Origin: Vicugna vicugna
Lineage: Eukaryota
Direction of reading: 5' to 3'
Assembly: GCA_013265495.1 (NCBI GenBank)
Contig: MU058384.1
Coordinates: forward strand, 1,179,690 to 1,243,689
Length of the DNA: 64,000 nt
In this document: positions 40,157-51,640 of the stretch, piece by piece
Layout: the number at the start of each line of letters is the position of its first letter
How positions within the stretch are numbered: the stretch's first letter is position 1
Program-made: the position numbers and the translations under genes
The notes under the pieces: model-generated
Database searches by the model: none
What the model was told of the DNA's origin: nothing
What the model saw: the letters and a program-made list of their open reading frames with translations, nothing else

Positions 40157-40756
40157 TCCAGGCAGTAACCTCATCTACCTTTATCATTTTTTTGAAGAAA
40201 TTCATTACTAAAAAGTAATAACTATAGGATTCCTCCCATTGCATTCACCCCAACCCCCACAAAATGTAATACTCAACACTTTAATAACTCTAAGTCCAAG
40301 ATGATCAGAGTAATGACCTATGAGCAATCAGTTTCATATCCAAAAAACATTCTGAACACAAAACCTTATGATTTAATTTCAAGGCACCATATACTTATGT
40401 GTGGCCACTTGCTACCCTTTCCCAGGGTAGATTTTACTGATCAGTCACAAAACACCCCACTGCAGAATCCCACCACACACATGCACACATACACGCCCCT
40501 GCCCTCACCCAAAGACCTTATGATCTTTCAATTTTTCTCCAGCTAGCATTCTGGGTAATTACTATCCATCTCCAAGGTGGTTGGTAAAGTAAAACCAATC
40601 TGGAGCTCATGAAGCTTGTTGACCAACAAAGCACTTGGTCCAGGTGAAATCTAGCAGGATCTTTACATCCTTCAAAGGAATCATCTTTTTTTTTTTTTTT
40701 CATGTTCGATAGACATTTCTCCCTTCTACTATCCTTTGGGTAAAATGCTGACCCAG

Positions 40757-41123
40757 TGTATTAGTCCTCTAAGGCCATCATAACAAAATACCATGGACTG
40801 GGTGGCTTAAACAACAGAAACGTATTTCCTCACAGTCCTGGAGGCTAGAAGACCAAGATCAAGGAGATGGCAGGGTTGGTTTCTTCTGACCATCTTCTCC
40901 TTGGCCATCTTCTCCCTCTGTCTTTGCATGGTCTCCCTTCTGTGTATATCTGTGTCCAAATTTCCTCTTCTTATAGGGACATCAGTCATGTCAGATAGAG
41001 CCTACCCTAATGACCTCATTTTAATTACTGCTTTAAAAATCTTTTCTCCAAATAGTCACACTTTGAGGTACTAGAGGTTAGAAGGTCATACAAATTTTGG
41101 GAAACACACTTTAGCCCATAACA
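40757..41123 (-). mobile_element. MLT1B-like MaLR solo LTR, full length
   Basis: TG...CA termini ('tgtattagtc'...'gcccataaca'), with 'ataacaaaatacca..gactgggtggcttaaacaacagaaa' and 'ccaaatttcctcttcttata.ggaca.cagtcat'. Confidence 0.92.
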
Positions 41124-41387
41124 TTCACATTGCTTGAAACTGAGTTAGTCTTCAAATTTATGCCAAATTTCACAAGATTATCAAGAATTTGCCTTTTTAT
41201 TTCAAGTGATAATGCATTTACATTGATACAATAGCCTTCTTTCAGTCAGCTGCATCATTGTGGTATGGCATCTGTGATAAATTATATATTTAAAGGTTTG
41301 TATTATTCCTTTCCTTCTGTGACTTTTAAAGATGATGTCAAGGTGTGTAATCATCTTGGCTAGCTGATTCAGATTCCTATACAGTGT

Positions 41388-41403
41388 TGACCTTTGACCT
41401 TGA
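41388..41403 (-). promoter_or_regulatory. Perfect nuclear-receptor DR1 with overlapping ERRE/SF-1 site (candidate)
   Basis: TGACCTTTGACCTTGA, reverse complement TCAAGGTCAAAGGTCA. Motif match only; binding not shown. Confidence 0.45.
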
Positions 41404-43290
41404 ATTTCTGCCTCTAAAGTTTCTTCCCTCTTCCTGCTGTTCTCATCTTTCCATGTATCTAGTTTCAGGATAATTTACACTGTTACAAACCAATCTTCTT
41501 CTGTCCTCTCTTTTTTTTCCATTTTGATTTTATGCCTTGATATTTATCAGTGTTACTAATAATCTCTCTCCTTAAAATCATGTATTCAGTAAGCAAAACT
41601 TTTAAGGATATAAAATACTATTTCCTGAGAATGCAGACTAAGTATTGATGTGCTTTCACATTTTCCTACATGTCATTCAACTAGTAAGGTCTGATTTCTT
41701 TTGACCATAAAAGAATGCATATCCACAATGAAAAATAATAACAAAAGGAGCTTATATTTGCCTTTTAATAGATGGAGTGTATTCAATGCATTAGCTATAT
41801 CCATTCTTTAACCTCTCAGCAGAATTTCATCGAAAGTTAAAGTTGACATTTTCCCATAAATTTAAGAATTTCTTTAGTTATAAAAAAAAGGGAAGCATTT
41901 AGAAAATGCTCAGAAAAGAACTTCCAAACTAGTGAAAAATCAAGGCTATCATAATTGGAACATCAGTTATCCAGGCAAATCAATAACCTGGGAACTTGAA
42001 GTAATAATTAATTGAATACATAGACGAGACTTAAAACAACTTTTAAAACTAGATATCCTAGTAACATAGCAAAAAGAGCACATTATTGGCATTGCAAAAT
42101 ATATTTTATTGCACTGCTTCTTATTAGAAACAATTCCTTTTGTACTGAATCAACTCAGTAGCAGAAGATACACAAATACTGTAACAGTTACTCAAACTGA
42201 TGAGTAGATACAGAGTAGTTAGTTTTAGTAACTATCTATTGAAAATGTCTTTAAAATTTTAATTCAGTTGGTTACTCTTACTCTTTATTTTTTAGTAGAT
42301 AATTAATTGTTAAAAGTTCATGCTCTCATTTGTGAAGTAGTTTTTAATCCTTTCTTGTCAACAATATCCAACACACATAAATGTACTAGAACCTCTGAAT
42401 TTTTGTCAGAAGACAAAATGCAGTCTTTTTCTGAGTCACCTTGTACTTGCACTGACAGATTGACTCACAGTTAGACTTGATGCTTTATGGCTTTGTTGGC
42501 CAGATTTCCATCTGCACGACTGTTTGGAATGTAAGAATATCCCTGCCTTGGCCACTGTTCTTTTCAGCACAGCTTTACTTGCTCAGCGCCCTTTCTTTAA
42601 CCTTGATACAAAAAGGAGTCATTCGTAGGCATTTTGCATTTTCCCAAATAAAATTTTATTAAATATGTCCATGCACATCCATGTGTATGCAATTGGAATA
42701 TCCTAGGAGCAATGCCAAAAGGAAGAGTTGCAACACAAGTTTGAACAGCAAGTGTCTTTGACTTATTGCTGTGATTATACTAATTGCTCATCTACTTGGT
42801 GGGAGGTTGCAGGAAGCTGTTTTGAAGTAATCAAGCTGAGATAGGCCCTTCTATTTATAATAATTCTGAAAATTCTTATACCCCAAAAGACTTAAAAAAA
42901 AGATTCATTCTTCCCTCTTCTCCCCTTTCCCATTGCTTTAATTCAATAATAAATCTTTGATAGCTTTTTAGTTATTATAAGAATAAGCATACATCATCCT
43001 TCATTTCATAGATCTGAACACAAAGCCTCGATATTCATTAATGGATTTGAAGTGCGATACAAACACTACAAAATAACAACAATTACTTAGGTAATCTCTC
43101 GTAGAGGGTATATTTTATGTGCCTATCATTCTTGTGAAAGTATTTCTGTGTTATGAAAAAAGGTGATGATGGCCTTAGCTCAAGGCTTGGATCCTTATTT
43201 ATTTAGTCAACATTTTAGCATTATGATTAACATTATAATATCCTTCAATAGTACAGAATCAACAGACATAAATCTTTCTTAGCACCACAT

Positions 43291-43387
43291 ATGGTCTTAT
43301 CTACTTTATTTCAATTTGTTTTGGGTAAGAAATGTTTTAATAAATATTCAAAGGTTAATAAAATGTATTGATCTTGGAAATATATGG
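43291..43387 (+). repeat. 97-bp direct repeat, copy 1
   Basis: Ungapped alignment to 44345-44441 with 14 mismatches by manual count. Confidence 0.93.
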
Positions 43388-43484
43388 GAGCCTAGATATA
43401 AAGCTCCTTATTGTATGTGCTGTTCAGCTCTCCCATTCACACTTCTCTTTTGCTATTTTGCCCTCATAAACAAAAATTACATTG

Positions 43485-43670
43485 TGTATCTGGTAAGAGC
43501 ATATAAGGGCTTTGGAGTCACTCAAATTTAAACACTCCAGCTGTGTTACTTCCTAATTCTGGGCTCCACTGAGCCACAGTTTACAAACAGTATAAATTGA
43601 CATTAATACCTACTTGAGTGGTTGTGAGAAGTAAACAACTATCATACATAATAAGCATGGTACAAAATAG
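43485..43670 (+). mobile_element. MIR SINE
   Basis: 'gggctttggagtca...ctgagccacagttt...taatacctact...ggttgtgagaagtaaa'. Confidence 0.75.
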
Positions 43671-44344
43671 ACACTAAAATTTACAGTGACTTTCCTTTTC
43701 CTCAAACCTTCCTCATAAGTGATATTTGCTTAAAATACCTTTTAGCTCTTTGAGCTTCAGCAGTTACATACTATTCCAGCCTCTTGTCCAGTCTCCTCTG
43801 TCTTGATTCCTCTCTGAATGCTAAGGAAGCATAATAAAACCAATGGTGTGAAATCATTTTAGAAAGAACCCATGCACAAATACGCAGCTCTAAGTTGATA
43901 AATTAAGATGCGTTAAGTTTCATAAAATGAGTCAAAACTACTCAACACTGGAATCTGGAGAAATCTAAGAGATACAATTCCCTGGTTTTGCAAAAGAGAA
44001 AATTGCAATTAAAGAAGTTAATTCGCTTACTTAAGAGCACAGAGCTGCAATATTTCTTTAAATGCAAAGTACACACTGCACATTTCAAATAATTATATAT
44101 ATATTTTTAAATTTCCTTTCCTACTGTGTCCCAGAAAAAATAAAAAAACAATTTACTTTTAGACATAATCCACAAAGTCAAAGATAATTATTTTTGTATT
44201 TGTGAAGTTTTGTACATGGGTGCATAGTTTTATCTTTACAATGATCCTAAACTTCACTGTACTTTTTAGCTTGTTCTTCTCAACATACCTTTTTCCCCAA
44301 AATAGACATGCATGCATATGTGTACATGCGCGCACACACAGCGT

Positions 44345-44441
44345 GTGGTCTTATTTACTTTATTTTAATTTGATCTGGGTAAGAAATGTTTTAATAAAAA
44401 TTCTAAAGTTAAGAAAATGTATCAATTTTAGAACTATATGG
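44345..44441 (+). repeat. 97-bp direct repeat, copy 2
   Basis: Aligns to copy 1 at 43291-43387; offset 1054 bp. Confidence 0.93.
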
Positions 44442-47400
44442 TGAAGGTCCTAGAGCACGTCTGCATTTAACTGGATACAACATCTTAACATATAAAACTT
44501 CAGAAAAAACTCATCCTGATACCATCAGAGAATGAGCTACAAGAATAGATTTTAAAACATAAAACTCAAGGAAACTTGAATGGAACCAAGCCTAGTAGAT
44601 GGGAAAAATCCCCCAAAGTTAAGCCAAATCTTATAAAAGTGGGATGGAATTTCAGATGAAAACAGTATCTATAATGAGTAACCAAAATTCAGGCAGAAGT
44701 TGAGAAGAAAGGATAATTTTCAATCCTTCTTCCTAAATAAATCTCTCTCAGCTTTGCCAAAAGGAGATCCACTCTTCCCAAAGGGATCAAGGGCACCACT
44801 TGACAATTCTTTCTTTGCAGCCACTTCCTGATGAGCATGATAGAGAGTTCATGGGTTAATACCACCTCCTTCAAATAACTATATATGGTAAAAAAGAAAT
44901 ACTGACAGTGTTTCCCAAGAAACAAAAAATTTGTGAAATGTTCCTTGAGTCAAAATATTGTAAACATTAAAATATAAAGTTTAATGATAAATAACTGTAC
45001 CAATCATGCCCTGTTGAAGATATCTTTGGTTGAAATTCAGTTATATGGATATCCTGATCTTAGTTCACTAACTTAGCACATTTTTAATATCATTTATGCA
45101 AAGAAAATAGACTGGAAAGAGAAAATGGATATGGGAAACTAAGATGTATTACTCATATAAGAATATAATGTTTTATGACCATTAGGTATGAAATTTAGTT
45201 GATCTTTAGAATAACTGCATATTAAACCACATCTAAATCTAATGATATATGTTTTGTTATATATGATATACGTATCAAATAATGATACCCTACATGGTTC
45301 ACTGGTCTTTTGCCCAAATGGCACTCTTTTGAGGAATGGGGAAGCTCTGAGTTTAGAGCTTGACAGACAAAGAATAAAAATCAGCTACAAGTCTTTAAAA
45401 AATTTATGTTTCTATTAAATTCATTATTTTATCTTTTGGATAACAGTTCAATTTATTTTGGTTCTCCCATGATATCTTGGAGAGAAACCACAGAGTGAAT
45501 ACTTAGTAGCTGTGATTTGTTGACTTGAGAGAGTGGCTGATCTATTTCCTTCTTTTTCCTTCTAATGGTTGTTCAATAACTCATAGAATAACTACTATAG
45601 TTGCTATATTGAAGTAGTCAAGTGAAAAATAATATGTTTCTCTCTTAAACATTATTTTTTGCTAACATAGTACACTTGCCAAAGCCCATGAATATTTCAT
45701 AAATAAGCATCCCACAAATATGTAAGTAACTAGATAAATAACCGACAAAACACTGTACATTATTTGGACATAAATGCAAACTTCAAGGTTAATACTTAGC
45801 ACCTTTTAGACAATGTTTTTAAGCTAGGAAGAATGTATCATTAACATGAGATTATGGAACAGGATTTTGTAATATTTCAAAGTTCTTACTGATCAGCAAG
45901 TATTTTCTAATCTTTAAGTAACCATAATAATATAGCATGATTTAACTCTTGTAAGAAGACAAAAATGATTAAATAATTATAGAAATCAAAGACCCTTCCA
46001 TTCATATCATGAAAGATTTTAGGTTGCACTGTAAATAAGGACTGGAAAGAACATCTTCGACTCAAGTAGCAATCAAGACCGGTGGAGTATCATTCTTGGA
46101 ACACTAAAATGATTATGAGATTGAATATGAGAATCACAATGTCCAGTTTTCTCAAACAAACATAATAGATCCCATAAATAAAACAAGAATGATTGAGAAA
46201 AAGAGAATCAAAATAAAAAAACTTGGTTCTTGAATCATGACAAGTCAATGTGATAGTGTGTTTTATATTGGAAGGACAATTCCATATGTTGGTAGGCCAG
46301 ATCGGTCAGGCCCACTGGTAGGCCATCCTGCTATGCTAACCCTCAGCGTGACACACAGCATGCAGGGATTATGATGTATAGAAACCAGGAATATTTCCAC
46401 TACGTGTTATGATCATAAGAACGCCAGCAGAGCCTGGCTGCTGCTAACAGTCAGTGATGGTATGAGCTGGCCTTCTGGAATGGTAGCAGCAAAAAATTCA
46501 GTCAACATATTTTAACCTTCAGAGTTATTCAGGCACATTCTGATCTCATTAAATGGGCTGATAAGGGTGAAGTACAAACTTGGAGTCAAACAGCTGTTTC
46601 CAAACAACCAATAGGAAGCAAGGCAAAGGATTGCTTTTTCTGTTTTTAGATACTGTCAGTACCTTTCAAGGCTAAGACTTCAACGGCAATTTTCCCATTG
46701 CATAAAACACAAAGAGCTATCCTTTTAAATGTATCAGCACACAGCGGGGCAATGAAAAAAAAAGAAAGGAAGAAGAAGAAAAGAAAGAATAACTTAAATG
46801 CTGTGGGGTGAAACCAACCAGGATCTGAGGCCACAGCACTATGTGAACATTAGATTATGCAGTTGATTCAATTCTAATTCCAGTCAAGCTGGTTCAATGT
46901 TCCACTTACAATCTTTTGTCCTTTCTCGCTTGTTCCTTATCATGAAATCTGATCTATTTGAAGGTTTAATGCAGGGGACAGGGAAAAAGCTGACCTAACC
47001 TTAGTATTATAGGGGATTGCACTAAATGTGGGAGTGAGAGCAATAATTCCACAGCTTCCTACTTGGAAATGGGCCCAGCTTGAAGAAATAAAAATAGAAG
47101 TGTCTGAATGCGACTAAAAAGCTCAGCCACATGGAATTAAAATGCCAGTTCCCTTCAGCCTTTCTTTTTTTTCCCCTAGTCATCAGAATTTCAAAGCCCA
47201 CAAATTAAAAATCTCCTGCAGTCAGTATCTTTTTTAGTAACCCATCACTTGAAGTTACACTGATTCAAAATGACTGCATATACAGCATGCAGTATACTAC
47301 ATGTACGTATACTGTATATCCAGCGTACAATAGGTTGAACTTGATTTTTCTCATGTCTTTAAAACAATTATCAGGTTTAAAATGTAAATAAATAAATACA

Positions 47401-49179
47401 TATGCCTAAGGGGCACTGAAACTCCAGGATAGTAATTGGTTAGCAGATGGTCATCCTTATGATTCCAGAATGCACTAACATTAACTTTCTTTACCTTCTA
47501 AATAAACACAACACATTAAATTGAAATAAGAAAAAAAAATTCCTAATGTTTTACCAATATCTGTTTCTAATCTGCCCAAGGGCCGCATTTAGCATATTTG
47601 CAGTATCATATATTCAAAGTGAAAGAACTGGAAACAAAAAACAGATTTAGGAAACCAAAAGTTATAATAATTTGGTGCATCTCATGACCATGATATGCCT
47701 TCATTGTTTTTATGAATATGTCCATGTTTTAACTTCTTTCTTCTGAATAACAGATATGTCTTGATCCTTTCAGAAAAAATGAATTTCTCTTTCCCTCCAG
47801 TATACATTGGTGTGTGTTCCTGTACAGGATCTCTTCTAAATGAAGGGGAGCCCTTTGTTTAAAAGAGGAATGTAGGGTGCAGGGAGTAATAAGAATCTGA
47901 CCCAGGCCATTTTAAACCCATGTTTATCCAGCCTTCATCATTTTCTCCTCTAACATATGAATATAGTTTCCAAAACCACAAACCTCACAAGTGTTTAGAT
48001 CCCAGACTTGTAAACAGGTTTGATTTCCTTTTATTGAGAGTCTTCCTTCCTCATCCCTTATTGCATTCAGCTGGCTCTAATTCCTTTTCATGTACTTAAA
48101 GAAATGAAATATTTTGTCTGAATTAAGAATAATCATGTGTTTGAGAAGATCAATCGTGAAACAACAGAAAAGTGAATTGTTTTCAATGGATCTGTTTACA
48201 ATGACTGAACAACTAGGGTTTAGATGAATAAGTAAAAGACCAGTAATTTTATTGAATTATATTGTTCAATTTCATTTGTGTCTCTTAACGTAAACAGCTC
48301 AGTGATTGATGTATTATTGAATATTCGTGGAGTGTGTCTGTAATGAATATGTTTATGAATGACCCTCTGTGAGTAAATCAATGTTAGAAAGAGACCTTTG
48401 TTGATTTGGAGTTTAGATGATTGCAAATCAAACTCTAAAATGTCCAGTTTTTAACACTGAGTACTTAAAATTTAAGAGAGAAAATAAAAGTACCCAAAAA
48501 GCAAAAGAGCCAATGATTTATAAGAAAAAGAAAAAACAAGGGAAAAAATATTTATCAATCTTTCTCAGCATCCAAAGCCATTATTTGGAAGCATCCTTAA
48601 GAACATCATACCATCATGACCTAGTCAAATACGCTAATGTCGTACACCAAATATGCTTTTCTTTTAAAATTATGCAATTATTAACAGTCAGGCAAATCCA
48701 CTTATTATTCTACTCAGTGGATCAACTCGCTCTGTGAAAAACGCCACTCTCTACAAGCTACTGAACTGCATTTTCTCTTGAGCTTCATAGATGTCCAGAT
48801 ATCTAAATTGATTGACAAGGCAAGGAATCAACATCTTTTTTATGCCTATCCAGTTGCAGAATCCTTCATGTCTTCTTCCTTTTATCTTATATAAAATTAA
48901 TGATTTCCCTCAATTGCTTTATTTTCTCAATGCCTGTGACTTGGTCCAAGATACTGATAAATCCTGGATGTGTATTTTCCATCATCCATGGAACAGCTGC
49001 TTATAAACCCCACACATAAATGGGATGCTTCCATAATAACCAAATAGGGGAATGCCTATAAAACTCAACTGACTGTTATCCTCAATCATAAGGATGTAAA
49101 ATCTGTTGCTACAGCTCAGGGTTGAACAAGTAATGTCTCAGTGACAAAGTACTAGAATATGATCTACCTTTTGATGGTA

Positions 49180-49520
49180 TCTCTCTTCCTTCTCATCTCC
49201 TAATGTTATCTCTTCCCAGACTTTGTACTTAATCTCTTTTCTTTCTCTACATTCACATACTCAAAAATATCATTCAATTTTATGTATACAACTTCTAAAT
49301 TGATATCTCAAGACTAAATTTTCTCAGGCTTATTTCTACCCTATATTTTCAATGCCTGCTACTTTTCCCCCCAAATCAACATTTTTAAAGCCAGTTATTT
49401 TTCCTGACTTCTCTATTTCTGTAAATTTGCCAAAATTCTCCTAATTAGCTCAAAATGCAGTTGTCTTGTATATTTCCTCTATCAATATACTCCCATCACC
49501 TTACATTTACATTTTGCTCC
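49180..49520 (+). mobile_element. Decayed L2 fragment
   Basis: 'tctctttt ctttctctacattc' and 'cctgacttctctatttctgtaaat' are L2-like. Confidence 0.5.
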
Positions 49521-49605
49521 ATGATTTGCAGTCTTTTTTTTTTAATTTAGTGCTTTTATTTCATTGTAACAATAAACGTGAAGTATGGGAGAAATAATGA
49601 CCTAG

Positions 49606-49740
49606 GAGCTTGCTAATCAGAGTCTGGTTCATGGGCCAGTAGCAGGGGTACCACCTGGAAACTTGTTTCTAACAAACTGCAGAAATTCAGTCCCCATTCC
49701 AGACCTGCAGGATTAGAATCTGCATTTTCACAAGATCCCA
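49606..49740 (+). mobile_element. MER5A (hAT-Charlie), partial
   Basis: 'ccagtagca...cacctggaaacttgtt...tgcaga...cccca.tccagacct...agaatctgcatttt.acaagatccc'. Confidence 0.88.
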
Positions 49741-49857
49741 TTATAGTATTTTTAGCATTGTACTAGGAAATGTAATAGATTTGCTTGAGCTTTCACAGTC
49801 AGTAAGTGGCAGAACAAAAATTGAAAACAACATATTCTAACTCCAAGTCCCAAGCCT

Positions 49858-50025
49858 CAGTGCTATTCAAAATGTGGTCCTCAGACCAAAATCACATCAG
49901 AACCTGCTCAAAATGCAAATTCTTGGGTCGTGCCTCAGATCACTAAATCTCTGGAGGTGGGACCAAGGAATCAGTGTAATTACAATTTCTCCAAATGATT
50001 CTTACATACAGTGTGAGAAGAACTA
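49858..50025 (+). mobile_element. MER5A/MER5B-type hAT MITE
   Basis: 'cagtgctattcaaaatgtggtcc..agacca...aaaatgcaaattcttggg...ggtgggaccaaggaatc...tgattctta...tgagaagaact'. Confidence 0.85.
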
Positions 50026-50774
50026 CTCTAAAGTGATACATGTCTCCTAAGTTCAATTAGGTGTCAGCTTGTCTCTCATCATTTTGTCCTTTTTATGTCC
50101 CTTATGACCTCCCACATCTAACTCATTCCCATTTTGGATATAAACTGCTAGCCTCTTATCCTTCTTTAACCAACCAACCTAGCTGCATCTCTCTCTTAAT
50201 TACTCATTATGCCTTCATTCATCTATTCAACAAATATTTTAGTGTCTCATATAAAGAGCTCATTGCAGAAGTGTCAGTGGCTCTGCCACCTCCTAAACAA
50301 AGGCAATTCTCTTCATTGCCCTTCATGAACTCCCATGTATCCTCAAACTCCTTCCTTCTATCTCCTGCTATTGCTCTGCATGAGGCTTTACTCAAGATAA
50401 AATATCAGGAGGAAAAATCCAATAAAATCTACTAACATGGCAAAGAATATACTTCAAGGTGAGACCTGTTGAGTCAAGGTCTTTGCAGGGTTCTCTCCAA
50501 AATTCACCTTACAAAATTCTTGGGTTTGAACCCACTGGCAAAAGAAAATGGAATGTTTAATGAAGAAGCATGGGCCAAGGAAGAGGTTTTTGTAGTTGAC
50601 AATCATTTGGTATAAAGCCACACAGGTGAAGGATCTTCAAGATGATTAGGAAAGATGACAGATAGGGATCTCCTTTCTTTGAATTGTTGATCGTTAAGAA
50701 TGTATGAGTGTTTAGAGACCTTCAAATGACCCCCACCTTGTTATGAATGAGATAATTGACCTCTACTGTTTTTA

Positions 50775-50845
50775 TCCATTCATTTAACAAATACCTGAGT
50801 TCCTACTATGTGCCAGACATTATTATAAACAGTGTCTGAACAGGC
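50775..50845 (-). mobile_element. L2 3' terminus (antisense)
   Basis: 'cattcatttaacaaatac.tgag..cctactatgtgccagaca'. Confidence 0.8.
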
Positions 50846-50896
50846 TATAAGTTATCACAATCAGCTTCTTTAAATATTAAATAACAGTAAAATTAA

Positions 50897-51640
50897 AAAA
50901 TGCAAATCAAAACCACCATGAGATATCACCTCACCCCTGTCAGAATGGCTATCATCAAAAAGAACACAAATAACAAATGTTGGCAAAGATGTGGATAAAA
51001 CGGAACCGTCTTAAACTGCTGGTTGGAACGTAAATTGGTGCAGCCACTGTGGAAAACAGTATGGAGATTTCTCAAAAAACTGAAAATAGAACTATCATAT
51101 GACTCAGTAATTGGACTCCTGGGTATATATCCAAAAAACCCCACAAAAACACTAATTCAAAAGGATACATGCACCCCAGTGCTCCTAGCAGCATTATTTA
51201 TAATTTCCTAGCTATGGAAGCAACCAAAATGTCCATCAACAGATGAACTGATAAAGAAGATGTAGTGTGTGTGTGTGTGTGTATACACACACACATATAT
51301 ACAATGGAATATTACCCGGCCATAAAAAGAATTAAATTTTGCCATTTGCAGCAACATGGATGGACTTGGGCATTAAGCCAAATGAAATAGGTCAGACGGA
51401 GAAAGACAAATACTTATATGTGGAATCTCAAAAATACAACAAACTAGTCAATAAAACAAAAAGAAGCAGACTCACAGATGTAGGAAGCAAACTAGAGGCT
51501 ACCAGTAGGGGGAGGGGCAATATAGGGGTACAGACTTTTAAAAAAGGGTTATTATGAGATTATATGAAATCATCTGTGTGAAACTTTGAAAATTGTAAAG
51601 CACTATAGAATTTAAAGAATTTTTCATTCCAAGAAAAATT
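50897..51640 (+). mobile_element. 5'-truncated lineage-specific L1: ORF2p C-terminus plus 3' UTR with MIR-like tail
   Basis: ORF pieces [23 protein letters not shown]...KDTCTP and PFAATWMDL. Possible low-complexity target duplication aaattaaaaaat (50890-50901 / 51641-51652). Confidence 0.95.

Noticed and set aside
46733..46753. TCAGCAC...CGG resembling a REST/RE1 site
   Set aside because: Only part of the left half-site matches; the GGACAG right half is absent.
50926..51557. ORFs with L1 ORF2p similarity treated as genes
   Set aside because: Frameshifted fragments of a 5'-truncated L1 that lacks endonuclease and RT.
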